From Phycisphaerae bacterium (lineage in GTDB: Bacteria > Planctomycetota > Phycisphaerae > Tepidisphaerales > Tepidisphaeraceae), in NCBI GenBank assembly GCA_025924315.1, contig JAICIO010000027.1, forward strand, positions 1 to 61,750: DNA of 61,750 nt. Direction: 5' to 3'. The stretch's first letter is position 1; each line of letters begins with the position of its first letter. Below the pieces are notes generated by a model. That model had not been told where the DNA came from. It did not search any database and saw only the letters and a program-made list of their open reading frames with translations. A program made the translations under genes and the position numbers. Positions 9,409 to 20,855 of the stretch are shown here, piece after piece.

Positions 9409-11256
9409 ATGATTCCTCGATCCGTTCTCGCCCCAATAGCGGTCGTGATGTTTCTCGTTACGCCCATCTGTTTCGCCAAGCAGCCGAACATCCTGTGGAT
9501 CGTAAGTGAAGACAACGGCCCTTTCCTCGGTTGCTACGGCGATCCGAATGCGCACACGCCCAACCTCGACAAGCTGGCGTCGGAGGGCGTGCTGTACCTG
9601 AACGCGTTCGCCAACGCCCCGGTTTGTGCGCCATCGCGGTCGACGCTGATCACAGGCATGTATGCCTCCACGCTGGGTACGCAGAACATGCGCAGCCGAT
9701 ATCCGATCCCGCGCGAGTTCACGTTCTCTTGCCAGGAGATGCGCAAGGCCGGCTATTACTGCATGAATCCGGGCAAGACGGATTACAACATCGCCGGAAA
9801 CGACAAGCGGGCGTGGGACAAGGGAAAAAGCTGGCGCGATGCGCCGGCGGGCAAGCCGTGGATGCTGGTAATTAATTCCGGCATCACGCACGAGAGCTGT
9901 CTCATCGGGTCAAAGATCGTCGACGAATATGTGAAGACGCCGTTTCCGGTGCCGCCTTATCAACCGGACACGCCGGCCATTCACAGCAACTGGGTCGAGT
10001 ACTACCACGACATGACGAAGATGGACGCGGAGTATGGCAAGGTGCTCGACGAGCTCGCGGCGGACGGATTGGCGGACGACACGATCGTTTTCTATTACTC
10101 CGACCACGGCGGAATCCTGCCGCGGAGCAAGCGATTCGTACTGGACAGCGGGCTTCACGTGCCGCTGATTATCCGGTTCGGTAAAAACGTGCAGGAACTC
10201 TCGCCCGCGCCGGCGGGATCGAAGCTGGATCGGCTCGTCAGCTTCGTGGACTTCGCGCCAACGCTCCTCAGCATCGCGGTCGCGAAGAGCCCGGAGCGGT
10301 ACCAGGGGACGGCGTTCCTCGGACCCAGGGCAGGCGAGCCGCGGAAGATCGTGTTTGGTTTTCGCGGACGGATGGATGAGCGCATCGACCTGTCGTACAC
10401 GGTCCGCGACGAGCGCTATCGGCTGGTTCACAATTACTATCCGCATCGCATTTACGGCATGCACCTGGATTACCTGTGGAAGATGCCGGCGACGGTTTCA
10501 TGGGAAGAGGAATACCGGGCGGGCCGATGCAACGCGCCGCAGAGCGCGTTCTGGCAGGAAAAGCCGACCGAGGAGTTGTACGACGAAAATAGCGATCACT
10601 ACGAGATTCACAACCTGATCGACGATCCGAAGCTCGCCGCGGAAGTTTCGAAGCTGCGAAAGGCGCTTCGCGATCAGCTGATAGAGAATCGCGACGCGGG
10701 ATTCCTGCCGGAGTCGCAGCTCGCGGAGATGGCGAAGTCGGCGGGGTCGGTTTATGTGGCGACGCACGATCCGGCGAAGTATCCGATCGAGCGGATTGTA
10801 GACGCGGCCGATATGGCAAGCCGGCGCGATGCGCAGGATGTCGCGAAGCTGATCGAGTTTGCGAAGGACGAGAACGAGACGGTTCGCTATTGGGCGGCGG
10901 TGGGATGCTGCGTTCGCGGATCCTCAGCCAAGGATGCCGCCTCGACCATGAACGCGTTGTCGAAGGATTCGTCGCCGGCGGTGCGGATCGCGGCAGATGA
11001 AGCGCTGGTGCGATTCGGCCAGAGCGACAAACTTCATTCGCTGATCAACGAAATGGCGGACGAGAAGGGCGATCCCTTGCTGGCGGTGAATACGGTGGAA
11101 GCCCTCGGCGATCTCGCCCGCCCCGCGGCGAACGAAATCATCGCGCGCGTGAAAGCCGGATTGCCCGCCGTCGGAAAGATGAACGGCGAGCGGGGCGATT
11201 CATACACGGACCGTGCGGGCGATTCGCTGGTGCATATGCTGCAGGAAGAGAAGTGA
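9409..11256 (+). CDS. formylglycine-dependent sulfatase (arylsulfatase family) with C-terminal HEAT-like repeats
   Basis: Signal peptide. Sulfatase signature CAPSRSTLITGMY (C-x-P-x-R) plus PNILWIVSEDNG. C-terminal repeats of the VRxxAAxALxxxG type. Confidence 0.8.
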   Translation: MIPRSVLAPIAVVMFLVTPICFAKQPNILWIVSEDNGPFLGCYGDPNAHTPNLDKLASEGVLYLNAFANAPVCAPSRSTLITGMYASTLGTQNMRSRYPIPREFTFSCQEMRKAGYYCMNPGKTDYNIAGNDKRAWDKGKSWRDAPAGKPWMLVINSGITHESCLIGSKIVDEYVKTPFPVPPYQPDTPAIHSNWVEYYHDMTKMDAEYGKVLDELAADGLADDTIVFYYSDHGGILPRSKRFVLDSGLHVPLIIRFGKNVQELSPAPAGSKLDRLVSFVDFAPTLLSIAVAKSPERYQGTAFLGPRAGEPRKIVFGFRGRMDERIDLSYTVRDERYRLVHNYYPHRIYGMHLDYLWKMPATVSWEEEYRAGRCNAPQSAFWQEKPTEELYDENSDHYEIHNLIDDPKLAAEVSKLRKALRDQLIENRDAGFLPESQLAEMAKSAGSVYVATHDPAKYPIERIVDAADMASRRDAQDVAKLIEFAKDENETVRYWAAVGCCVRGSSAKDAASTMNALSKDSSPAVRIAADEALVRFGQSDKLHSLINEMADEKGDPLLAVNTVEALGDLARPAANEIIARVKAGLPAVGKMNGERGDSYTDRAGDSLVHMLQEEK

Positions 11257-11274
11257 ACTGGTGCTGGCTGATTT

Positions 11275-11350
11275 CGTAGGGTCCGCTTCAGCGGACCGGT
11301 TACTCCGTCTGTCGGCGCCAAATAATGGATCCGCCGAAGCGACTCACGAG
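11275..11350. repeat. 75-bp palindromic repeat family, degenerate copy (left arm intact)
   Basis: Left arm gtagggtccgcttcagcggaccggttac; right arm diverged. Confidence 0.6.
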
Positions 11351-11397
11351 CCGTTTCACGCACCAATCACCAATAACCAGCTTGGCGTCTCGGCGTC

Positions 11398-12555
11398 TTG
11401 GCGGTAAACCTGTCCGCCATGCATATTCCTCAACGAATCCTGCTCGGCCCCGGCCCCAGTGATGTTCCCGCTCGCGTTCTTTCGGCCCTGGCCGCGCCGA
11501 CGCTCGGCCATCTGGATCCGGCTTATTTGAAAATCATGGACCACACGCGGCAGATGCTGCGGGAGGTTTTCCGGACAAAGAACGAGCTGACGATGGCGAT
11601 CAGCGGAACGGGGTCGGCGGGGATGGAAGCTTGCGTCGCGAACCTGATCGAGCCTGGCGACGAGATGATCGTCTGCGTGAACGGCGTGTTCGGCGGGCGC
11701 ATGCGCGACGTCGCGCAGCGCTGCGGCGCGACGGTGCACAGCGTTGAGGTCGAATGGGGGCAGTCGGTTGATCCGCAGAAGGTCGCGGACGCGCTGAAGC
11801 AGCATCCGAAAACGAAAGTCGTCGGCGTGGTGCACGCGGAGACATCGACGGGCGCGCTCTCGAACGTCGAAGAGATCTCGAAAGTCGTTCACGCCGCCGG
11901 TGCGCTGATTCTCGTCGACGCAGTCACGTCATTGGGTGGCATGGATCTGCGGATCGATGATTGGAAGATTGATGCGTGCTACAGCGGCACGCAGAAGTGT
12001 CTCTCCTGTCCGCCGGGCCTTTCGCCGGTCACGATCTCGGCTGATGCGGTGAAGAAGATGGATCAGCGGAAGACGAAATGCCAGAGCTGGTATCTCGACT
12101 TCAGCATGCTGCGGCAATACTGGGGCGAAGACCGCGTTTACCATCACACCGCCCCGGTGAACATGACGTACGGTCTGCACGCGGCGCTGGCGATCGTGCT
12201 TGAGGAAGGTCTGGACAACCGCATCGCGCGACATGTGAAGAACCATCAGGCGCTGCGCGCGGGGCTGGAAGCGATCGGGCTGAAGTTCGTTCCGAAAAAC
12301 TCCCTCACAACACTCAATCTTGTCAGCGTTCCCGACGGCGCTAATGACGCGCAGATCCGCAAAGCGCTGCTCGAGCGCTTTGGAATCGAAATCGGCGCGG
12401 GCCTCGGGCCGTTCAAGGGCAAAGCCTGGCGTATCGGCCTGATGGGTTACGCGAGCAGTCAGCGCAATGTGTTGATGATCCTCGCGGCGCTGGAAACGTT
12501 GCTGGGTAAATCCGGTGCCCTCGCGCCGGCGGAGAAAGTTTACGCGTCGAAATGA
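11398..12555 (+). CDS. class V aminotransferase (alanine-glyoxylate / serine-pyruvate aminotransferase family)
   Basis: N-terminus [17 protein letters not shown]-Lys region [15 protein letters not shown]. Length 385 aa. The alternative start is 11419. Confidence 0.8.
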   Translation: MAVNLSAMHIPQRILLGPGPSDVPARVLSALAAPTLGHLDPAYLKIMDHTRQMLREVFRTKNELTMAISGTGSAGMEACVANLIEPGDEMIVCVNGVFGGRMRDVAQRCGATVHSVEVEWGQSVDPQKVADALKQHPKTKVVGVVHAETSTGALSNVEEISKVVHAAGALILVDAVTSLGGMDLRIDDWKIDACYSGTQKCLSCPPGLSPVTISADAVKKMDQRKTKCQSWYLDFSMLRQYWGEDRVYHHTAPVNMTYGLHAALAIVLEEGLDNRIARHVKNHQALRAGLEAIGLKFVPKNSLTTLNLVSVPDGANDAQIRKALLERFGIEIGAGLGPFKGKAWRIGLMGYASSQRNVLMILAALETLLGKSGALAPAEKVYASK

Positions 12556-12578
12556 GGCGCCATCGGTGTTTTGATTCT

Positions 12579-12654
12579 GTAGGGTCCGCTTCAGCGGACC
12601 GGTTATTTGCCTTTCGAAACGGATGAATAACCGGTCCGCTGAAGCGGACCCTAC
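12579..12654. repeat. 75-bp palindromic repeat family copy
   Basis: gtagggtccgcttcagcggaccggttat-N20-ataaccggtccgctgaagcggaccctac. Located 24 nt after the aminotransferase stop. Confidence 0.85.
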
Positions 12655-12677
12655 ACGAACTACACGAACGGCGTTTT

Positions 12678-12899
12678 ATGGATGAGAAGCGCGAGCTTTG
12701 GCAAGTGCGTTGCCCTAAGTGCGGGCTGACGTTCGACGCCATCGATCTGAGGATCACTTTCATCGGCAAGCGCGCGATTGGCGAACGCAAACTTTGGTGG
12801 TGTCAGCAATGCCGGTGGCTGCGGTGGATGGTCATCGAGAAATCGTCCGTTCCGCAACCCGCTGGTCCGCGGTGCGATTTTCGCGCGGGACCGCGTTAA
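12678..12899 (+). CDS. putative small zinc-ribbon protein
   Basis: 73 aa with CPKCG...CQQC (two C-x2-C pairs). No convincing RBS, so low confidence. Confidence 0.25.
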   Translation: MDEKRELWQVRCPKCGLTFDAIDLRITFIGKRAIGERKLWWCQQCRWLRWMVIEKSSVPQPAGPRCDFRAGPR

Positions 12900-13183
12900 T
12901 TGCACCTGTGATGAAACATATAGCGGCTGCGATATCCGGCTTTTTCAACCCAGTCTGACGCGTTTGGCGAGGGTACAAAAGCGCCCTTCCCTCGGTTCGG
13001 TGAAAAGGAAGGGCGCGGGGTGGGGATCGGCTCGTTCAGACCAAAATCGTCGCCGCAACGAAGCGACAATTCACACGCTAGCGAGGCGGCGGCGCGGTAG
13101 AATATTTTCTGCAAACTTTGCATTGAAACGGGTGCGGGGACCGCGGCGATTTACCCTTCTTCTTTGCGCGATCCTCCATTCCG

Positions 13184-13257
13184 CAGGGTGCGCTTCAGCA
13201 CACCGGTTATTTCTCCTCGAGCGACACGAATAACCGGCGCGCTGAAGCGCACCCTAC
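13184..13257. repeat. 75-bp palindromic repeat family copy (GTGCGC variant)
   Basis: cagggtgcgcttcagcacaccggttat-N21-ataaccggcgcgctgaagcgcaccctac. Confidence 0.8.
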
Positions 13258-13290
13258 GAGGCAGTCTCTGGCTTTCTTTGAGAACACGTC

Positions 13291-14763
13291 ATGACGCTCA
13301 AGCGAAAATTAGTGTGGCGCGATGGGGCGATGCTCTTGTGTCTCGTGTTGCTTGCCGGGGCGGCGCTGTGGGGAATGTGGGGAATGAAAAAGATCGTCGC
13401 GCTGTCTGTCTTTGAGTTCGATCAGCTGCAGAAGATCGAATCAGCTGAGGTCGCGGTGAGCAGCGCGAAAGATCTCCTGCGTGGCGGCGATTCGAATGCG
13501 GCGCGCGGGCAGATCGACAACGCGGTGGTGGGTTTGAAGGGATTTCTTTCGCCCGACGCGCCGCAGAGCGGGATCGATTATTCGAAGGAGGCGAAACTCG
13601 CGCGTTCCGGGATAACGAATTTGAAGAACGTTGCCGATCGCTTGCAGGCGAATTCGAGCGACGTGAATGCGTCGATTATCGCGCTCGATGAAACGCTCAC
13701 TGGCATGCACAGCATCGCGAAAGCGTGCGACTGGTACATCCAGGATGCGCATCAGGCCGCGGCGCAGCGCGTGCAGCTGGTGACGATCGGTCTCGCGATT
13801 CTGGGCACGCTCGGGATGATCGCGGCCGGATTGATGAGCGTCGCGATGCACCGAACGGTTATGCATCCGTTGATGAAACTTCGCGCCGGCACGCATCGTG
13901 TCGCTGCCGGTAATTTCGGCGAAAAAGTGACCGCCAACGGAGATGTGGAATTTGCGGAGCTTGCCGACGATTTCAATAAGATGGCGACCGAGCTCGATTC
14001 GTTTTATCGCGAGCTGGAGAGCAAGGTTGCACAAAAAAGCAAGGAGCTGGTTCGGTCGGAGCGGCTCGCGAGCGTGGGATTTCTCGCCGCGGGCGTGGCG
14101 CACGAGATCAACAACCCGCTGAACATTATTTCCGGTTACGCGGAGTTGAGCCTCAAGCAGGTTGCGAAGATGCAAGGCGATGAGGCGCGTGAAGCGCAGG
14201 GCGCCTTGCGGATCATTCGCGACGAAGCGTTCCGATGCAAAGAGATCACGCAAAAGCTGCTCTCGCTGGCGCGCGCGGGGGCGAACCATCGCGAGAACTT
14301 TTCGCTGGCGCACGTCGCGGAGGAAGTCACCAGCATCATCCGCGGGCTGTCGACGTACAAAGACCGCCACGTGGAAGTGGGCCTCGATCGGAATGAGCCG
14401 CTGACGGTGTACGGCAGCGTGAACGAAATCAAGCAGGTGCTGGTGAACCTGATGGTCAACGCGCTCGAAGCGGTTCGCCCGAGCGAAGGTCAGGTTCGCC
14501 TGGAAGGGCGGAGAAACAACGGATGGGTTGAGCTGTCGGTAATCGACAACGGCCGAGGCATGTCGGCGGATGTAATCGAGCACGTGTTCGAGCCGTTCTA
14601 CACCGCTAAGCGCGGCGCGGGCGAGGGCACGGGTTTGGGCCTGTCGATTACGCACGCGATCGTCGAAAGTCACGGCGGACAGGTGATCGCCGAGAGCGAA
14701 GGCGTCGGGAAAGGCAGCCGGTTTACGGTGCGGCTGCCGGTTAGGCGTAAGGCTGAAGGATGA
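13291..14763 (+). CDS. sensor histidine kinase (TM + HAMP-like + HisKA + HATPase_c)
   Basis: Two TM segments. H-box SERLASVGFLAAGVAHEINNPLN. N and G boxes: VNLMVNALEA and GTGLGLSIT. Confidence 0.8.
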   Translation: MTLKRKLVWRDGAMLLCLVLLAGAALWGMWGMKKIVALSVFEFDQLQKIESAEVAVSSAKDLLRGGDSNAARGQIDNAVVGLKGFLSPDAPQSGIDYSKEAKLARSGITNLKNVADRLQANSSDVNASIIALDETLTGMHSIAKACDWYIQDAHQAAAQRVQLVTIGLAILGTLGMIAAGLMSVAMHRTVMHPLMKLRAGTHRVAAGNFGEKVTANGDVEFAELADDFNKMATELDSFYRELESKVAQKSKELVRSERLASVGFLAAGVAHEINNPLNIISGYAELSLKQVAKMQGDEAREAQGALRIIRDEAFRCKEITQKLLSLARAGANHRENFSLAHVAEEVTSIIRGLSTYKDRHVEVGLDRNEPLTVYGSVNEIKQVLVNLMVNALEAVRPSEGQVRLEGRRNNGWVELSVIDNGRGMSADVIEHVFEPFYTAKRGAGEGTGLGLSITHAIVESHGGQVIAESEGVGKGSRFTVRLPVRRKAEG

Positions 14764-14840
14764 AGGCTGAAAGGCGGATTGCGCGTCCGTTCAGCGTTCA
14801 TAATTCATCCTTCATCCTTACCTGCGTAGCGGAGTGAATC

Positions 14841-15476
14841 ATGAAAGCCTCTCCAAGTTTTCCGATCGTGGGTCGGCGGGTGTTGCTCGTCGAGGATGAA
14901 CTGCGGTTGCGCGAGATGCTCACGCGCGCGGTGCGCGAGATGGATTTTGAAATCACCGCCGCGCCGTCCGCGGAGCAGGCGATGCGGTTGCTCGAAAATC
15001 ATTCGTTCGACATCGCCATCGTCGATCTGAATCTGCCGGGGATGCACGGGCTCACGTTTCTCGAGACGACGCATCAGCGCTGGCCGTCGCTGCAATCGAT
15101 CATTCTCACAGGCTTTGGTGATCTGGATGCGGCGCGGAAGGCAATTCGCATCGACGCGGTCGATTTTCTGACCAAGCCATGCCCGCTGGGCGAATTGGAA
15201 CTCGCGCTCGGCCGCGCGCGAGCGCGCCTGCTGCAGCAGATGCCGGTCGAGCCGCTGCCGATGCCGAACGAAGACGACGAAGAAGCGCTCGCCGCCCAAC
15301 CGGGCGCGTCGCTCGAGCAGATCGAGCGGCAGCACATTCTCGTGACGCTGCAACGCAACAACGGCAACCGCACTCAAACCGCCGCGGAGCTCGGCATCAG
15401 CCTGCGAAAGCTCTACTACCGCCTGGGGCAATACCAGAGAGACGGATTGCTGAGCACCAGTACGGGTGCGTCCTGA
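14841..15476 (+). CDS. response regulator, receiver domain plus C-terminal Fis-type HTH (no AAA+ domain)
   Basis: Receiver segment VLLVEDE...DIAIVDLNLPGMHG...LTKP. C-terminal NGNRTQTAAELGISLRKLYYRL. Confidence 0.75.
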   Translation: MKASPSFPIVGRRVLLVEDELRLREMLTRAVREMDFEITAAPSAEQAMRLLENHSFDIAIVDLNLPGMHGLTFLETTHQRWPSLQSIILTGFGDLDAARKAIRIDAVDFLTKPCPLGELELALGRARARLLQQMPVEPLPMPNEDDEEALAAQPGASLEQIERQHILVTLQRNNGNRTQTAAELGISLRKLYYRLGQYQRDGLLSTSTGAS

Positions 15477-15489
15477 TCGGAATAGAGAC

Positions 15490-15564
15490 GTCATCCTGAG
15501 CGAAGCGAAGGATCTCGGGATGGCAAGACGTGTGCGATATCGAGATCCTTCGCTTCGCTCAGAG
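15490..15564. repeat. inverted pair of the GTCATYCTGAGCGAAGCGAAGRATCTC repeat (hairpin, no internal gene)
   Basis: gtcatcctgagcgaagcgaaggatctcggg-N21-cgagatccttcgcttcgctcagag. Same motif as the repeats flanking the GIY-YIG gene. Confidence 0.8.
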
Positions 15565-15714
15565 TCTGTGATTTTTTGCGTGGCGAGGGCGTCTCGCCCT
15601 CGCATTTGCGGCTACCGCCGCGTTCGCGAGGGCAAGATGCCCTCGCCACGCTGAAAAGATCACACGCTCTCAGGATGACGGTTTTCGTTTTAGCCAACGT
15701 CACTTCGCGAGAAT

Positions 15715-15745
15715 GTCATTCTGAGCGCAGCGAAGAATCTCGGGG
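15715..15745. repeat. GTCATTCTGAGCGCAGCGAAGAATCTCGGGG repeat forming the 3-prime end of the GIY-YIG gene (left terminal inverted repeat)
   Basis: Partner in inverted orientation at 16118-16146. A partial inverted copy, ctcaggatgacg, lies at 15669-15680. Confidence 0.8.
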
Positions 15746-16045
15746 CGGTGCAGGCGCGACATCGGTGAGATCGTCGTATAGATCCTTCCACGTCGGATTC
15801 TTCGATTCGATGAGCGAGATCTTCTTTGCTCGCGTCCAGCCTTTGATCTTCTTCTCAGCTTCGATCGCCTGGATCGGAGTCGGGAATGTCTTGTAGTAAA
15901 CCAGAATGTTCACGTTGTACTTGGCGGCGAAGCCGGGCATCAGCTTCCGTTTGTGCTGGTCGATACGAGAAACCAGATCACTTGTCACGCCTACGTACAG
16001 CACAGCTGTCTTGCTCGCGACAACGTAGACATACGTTTCGCGCAT
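15716..16045 (-). CDS. GIY-YIG nuclease superfamily small protein
   Basis: TYVYVVASKTAVLYVGVTSDLVSRIDQHKRK...AKYNVNILVYY...AIEAEKKIKGW. The annotated upstream extension (from 16186) is repeat-derived. Confidence 0.7.
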   Translation of the reverse strand: MRETYVYVVASKTAVLYVGVTSDLVSRIDQHKRKLMPGFAAKYNVNILVYYKTFPTPIQAIEAEKKIKGWTRAKKISLIESKNPTWKDLYDDLTDVAPAPPRDSSLRSE

Positions 16046-16068
16046 CGTCATTGAAATGTAATCCGCGT

Positions 16069-16146
16069 CGTCACTTGGAGCGAAGCGAAGATCTGGAAAT
16101 CGATAGGCGCTCGCGATCCCGGGATTCTTCGCTGCGCTCAGAATGA
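16069..16146. repeat. two further copies (direct plus inverted) of the GCGAAGCGAAG repeat upstream of the GIY-YIG gene (right terminal inverted repeat)
   Basis: gtcacttggagcgaagcgaagatctgg at 16069-16095 and cccgggattcttcgctgcgctcagaatgac at 16118-16146. Confidence 0.8.
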
Positions 16147-16357
16147 CGTTTTTCGTTGGCCAGCAAGCATATCTCAATCTCCTCAATCTGACGTGACGGG
16201 CGGCAAATCGGCTTGTCGCGTCGAACGCAATTGGCCAAAACCAGCGGCCTGCTCAGGTCTTTCGGCAAAAAATCCTCCGGCATGCACGTTGCTTTTCTGT
16301 GCTCGCGAGAATTGTCTCGCGAACAGCAAACTTGTCCCATTTTTGAAGGAGAACGTC

Positions 16358-16849
16358 ATGGAAATGTCCTCACTGCAAGATCTTTATGTTGAAGAACTTC
16401 GCGATCTGTACAACGCGGAAAATCAGTTGGTCAAAGCGCTGCCGAAGATGGCCAAGGCCGCGACCAACGATCAGTTGCGCGAAGGGTTTGAACTGCATCT
16501 GGAACAGACCAAGGGCCACCTCGAGCGGCTGGAACAGATCTTCGAAAAGCTCGGCAAGAGCCCGAAGGGCAAGACCTGTAAGGCGATGAAGGGGCTCGTC
16601 GAAGAAGGCAAGGAAGTCATGGAAGAGGACATGGAAGACGAGGTGATGGACGCCGCCCTGATCGCCGCGGGGCAAAAGGTCGAGCACTATGAGATCGCCA
16701 GCTACGGCACCGTGCGCGCGTATGCCGAACTGCTCGGCGACAACGAGGCCGCCCGTCTGCTCCAGCAAACGCTCGACGAAGAAGGCGAAACAGACAAGAA
16801 GCTGACCAACCTGGCCGAATCGACCATCAACGTCGAAGCGGAAGCATAA
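16358..16849 (+). CDS. ferritin-like DUF892/YciE-family protein
   Basis: MEMSSLQDLYVEELRDLYNAENQ...LEQTKGHLERLEQIF. GGAG RBS 7 nt upstream of the ATG at 16358. The annotated upstream extension lacks an RBS. Confidence 0.65.
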   Translation: MEMSSLQDLYVEELRDLYNAENQLVKALPKMAKAATNDQLREGFELHLEQTKGHLERLEQIFEKLGKSPKGKTCKAMKGLVEEGKEVMEEDMEDEVMDAALIAAGQKVEHYEIASYGTVRAYAELLGDNEAARLLQQTLDEEGETDKKLTNLAESTINVEAEA

Positions 16850-16924
16850 GTCAGGCTCAACTTCGTGCAATCGATTTCATCAAGCCCGGCCGTTCACGGC
16901 CGGGTTTTTCTCGCGCGCTCAATT

Positions 16925-17674
16925 TCAGCTGCGCCTCCACAGATTGCGAAACCAGGAGTTACGCCTGCCATCCGAAGTGACGTCGCTTTTGCGCGCTTCA
17001 GCGCCATTCGACGGGCGCCTGGGCCAATCGCAGATGCCAAAGTCTGTCACCAGCGCCGCTGATGCGCCGGTGGCGTCCAATCCGAAATAGGACGCGTAGG
17101 AACCATCGCCATAACCCGAAGAGAACGCCGCGATAGAACCAGATTCACCCTCCGCGACCGCCCAGCTGCGCGTGTGGCGATAGCACTTTTGCATTTCATC
17201 ACCACAGTCGTCAACGAATTTCTGCATCGCTTCGCCATCATCGACGATGGCATCGATCGCCTTTGCGTCCGCGAACGCGCCGGTGCCGGAGTCTACGCCA
17301 TATCCGAAGATTTGATCCGCCTTCAGCTTGCTTCGATCTTGTCCAGGCCTGGTCGCCAGTTCCCACTGAACCACCGGCTGCGCGCTGAACCGAAGCAACG
17401 CGAACGCGACGCGCTCGTCGTCCTTGATACGCGCGATCAGGAGTGTCAGCGGATATCGGCCGGCTGGGACGCGCCGCTCAAACGGCAGCTCATCGAGAAT
17501 TGCGCCGTCGCAGGCGACGATCGCTCCGGACGGGAAGAAGAGCTCCGCCAATTGCCAGCCGGTGATTGGCGCCGGTGCGCCGTCATGCGCAAGTGTGAGC
17601 GGCTGGCCGAGCAAATCGCTCCATGCACCTGTGTCCGGCAGCATTTTCGCCTCTGAAGTAACCTTCATCACCAT
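16925..17674 (-). CDS. DUF4241-like protein (intact paralog of 4054-5083)
   Basis: Shares GYGVDSGTG and SGYGDGSYASYFGLD blocks with the frameshifted paralog. The family assignment is from memory, not a search. Confidence 0.5.
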   Translation of the reverse strand: MVMKVTSEAKMLPDTGAWSDLLGQPLTLAHDGAPAPITGWQLAELFFPSGAIVACDGAILDELPFERRVPAGRYPLTLLIARIKDDERVAFALLRFSAQPVVQWELATRPGQDRSKLKADQIFGYGVDSGTGAFADAKAIDAIVDDGEAMQKFVDDCGDEMQKCYRHTRSWAVAEGESGSIAAFSSGYGDGSYASYFGLDATGASAALVTDFGICDWPRRPSNGAEARKSDVTSDGRRNSWFRNLWRRS

Positions 17675-17939
17675 GCGGGGGATCGTATCGGGTCGCGTAA
17701 AGTTCCGCGAAGGGTCGCCTTCGCCGCTCCTGCCACAATGGCAATCGCGTGATCCGTCGGTAACAAGGCTTCTGCCAGACCGGCAGGACGCAAAGATTTG
17801 GCGCGTTCACCTCGCGATTGCAAACTTTGATTGTGCCAATATTTATGCACCATCCCAAGCCCGCGTCCATTGGCACATCCCTTGTTATAGCCCCAGTCCC
17901 GGCCGCGGCGGCTCGCCGCTCTGGGTTCGTCTACATTGA

Positions 17940-19640
<1,701 letters not shown>

Positions 19641-19644
19641 GCCG

Positions 19645-19827
19645 ATGTTCGCGATAGTCGTCATCGGCGGATTGATCGTGCTGGGTTTTGTTGCGGCTGC
19701 CATGCGTAAGCTGCGACGAGGTCGAGCCAATTCGACCGCCGAGAACGTTGCGATCGCAGTCGTGTCTATGGTTGTCATCGCCGGCTTTCTGTATGCGTTG
19801 TGGGCGATGAAGAAAGGTTTGAAGTAG
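19645..19827 (+). CDS. hypothetical 60-aa two-TM protein immediately downstream of groEL1
   Basis: Two hydrophobic helices. Starts 4 nt after the groEL1 stop. No clear RBS. Confidence 0.3.
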   Translation: MFAIVVIGGLIVLGFVAAAMRKLRRGRANSTAENVAIAVVSMVVIAGFLYALWAMKKGLK

Positions 19828-19890
19828 CACGGGTTTTCAACCCGTGCATCGACGAAGAAAGACATGCACGGGTTGAAAACCCGTGCTACG
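19825..19890. repeat. inverted pair of GCACGGG-N7-CCCGTGC hairpin units
   Basis: gtagcacgggttttcaacccgtgc-N18-gcacgggttgaaaacccgtgctac. Confidence 0.85.
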
Positions 19891-19935
19891 AGAAAGGCGA
19901 GTAGCTAAAGAACCGCGAATCGACAGGAGCCGCGT

Positions 19936-20208
19936 ATGGCCAAGTTCCTCTTTACGTCCAGTGGTCACTTCGTCAATCTTGACATGATCACGGCGATGCG
20001 GATCAAGGGCCAGATCGGGAGCCTGCAGCGGATGGAAGTGTGGTTCGCGGGAAACACGGCCGATCATCCTGGCCTCTCGCTCTACGACAAGGCCGCCAAC
20101 GAACTGTTCGATGAGTTGCTGCGGTTGCACAACCTCATCGGCTGGACGAGTGCGGAGTCAGAGGAAGACAAGGCCGCCGCCGCGGCCGCGGAGAAGAAGA
20201 ATCAGTGA
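19936..20208 (+). CDS. hypothetical protein
   Basis: 90 aa. AGGAG RBS 8 nt upstream. Ala/Glu-rich C-terminus. Confidence 0.4.
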   Translation: MAKFLFTSSGHFVNLDMITAMRIKGQIGSLQRMEVWFAGNTADHPGLSLYDKAANELFDELLRLHNLIGWTSAESEEDKAAAAAAEKKNQ

Positions 20209-20256
20209 ACTGCATGCGGTTGTGCGTTTGACGAGAGTAAGTGCGAGGAGAAACGA

Positions 20257-20499
20257 ATGCCGGACGTGCTGCGGATCGGGCCGTACCGGTTTTACTTCTG
20301 GTCGAACGAAAGTAACGAGCCCTCGCACATTCATGTGAAACGCGATCGCTCGGTGGCGAAGTATTGGATCGATCCGACGGTGGCACTGGCGAAGAACCAT
20401 GGCTTCGCGCGACACGAACTGACGGTCGTCCGCCGGCTCGTTGAAGAGCATCGCGAACGGTTGCTGGAGGCATGGCGTGAGCACTTTGACCAAGCCTAA
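20257..20499 (+). CDS. DUF4160-family small protein (toxin-antitoxin-like pair, first gene)
   Basis: FYFWSNESNEPSHIHVKRD signature. AGGAG RBS. Confidence 0.6.
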   Translation: MPDVLRIGPYRFYFWSNESNEPSHIHVKRDRSVAKYWIDPTVALAKNHGFARHELTVVRRLVEEHRERLLEAWREHFDQA

Positions 20500-20854
20500 G
20501 AGCGTCCCGGAGCCGGTTGCCGTGACGGTTACCGACGACACACTAAGTGTTGATCTGGCGGATGGTCGAACGATTGCCGTGCCGGTCGACTGGTTCCCGC
20601 GCTTGCGGCATGGCACGACAAAAGAGCGAGAGAATTTTGATCTGAGTTTCGCCGGGATTCATTGGCCGGATCTGGATGAAGATATCTCGATTGAAGGCCT
20701 GCTGAACGGCGAGAAGTCCGGGGAATCGCCGAAGTCAATTCGGCGATGGCTCGACCATCGATCGCGCGGCGAGAAAGTGCCGGTGAAGACGCTCGCGTTG
20801 CCGAATTGGGCGAAAGATTCGACGAAGCCCAGACGACCGAAGCGGAAGAAGTGA
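20477..20854 (+). CDS. DUF2442-family protein (second gene of DUF4160/DUF2442 pair)
   Basis: The GTG at 20477 overlaps the upstream stop by 23 nt; the alternative ATG is 20441. Core reads VTVTDDTLSVDLADGRTIAVPVDWFPRL...IHWPDLDEDISIEGL. Confidence 0.5.
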   Translation: MSTLTKPKSVPEPVAVTVTDDTLSVDLADGRTIAVPVDWFPRLRHGTTKERENFDLSFAGIHWPDLDEDISIEGLLNGEKSGESPKSIRRWLDHRSRGEKVPVKTLALPNWAKDSTKPRRPKRKK

Positions 20855-20855
20855 A

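Noticed and set aside
12778-13233. 151-aa ORF and neighbouring ORFs in the 12.7-13.3 kb gap
   Set aside because: They overlap palindromic repeat copies. They have a Gly/Arg-rich, motif-less composition and no RBS. Treated as intergenic. Only the small zinc-ribbon ORF at 12678 is kept, with low confidence.
13441-14673. 410-aa ORF antisense to the histidine kinase
   Set aside because: Antisense artefact. The kinase frame carries H, N and G boxes.
17818-17846. Sigma70-like promoter TTGCAA-N17-ATTTAT upstream of groEL1
   Set aside because: The -10 is weak and I cannot validate it without transcript data. It is mentioned only as context in the heat-shock finding.
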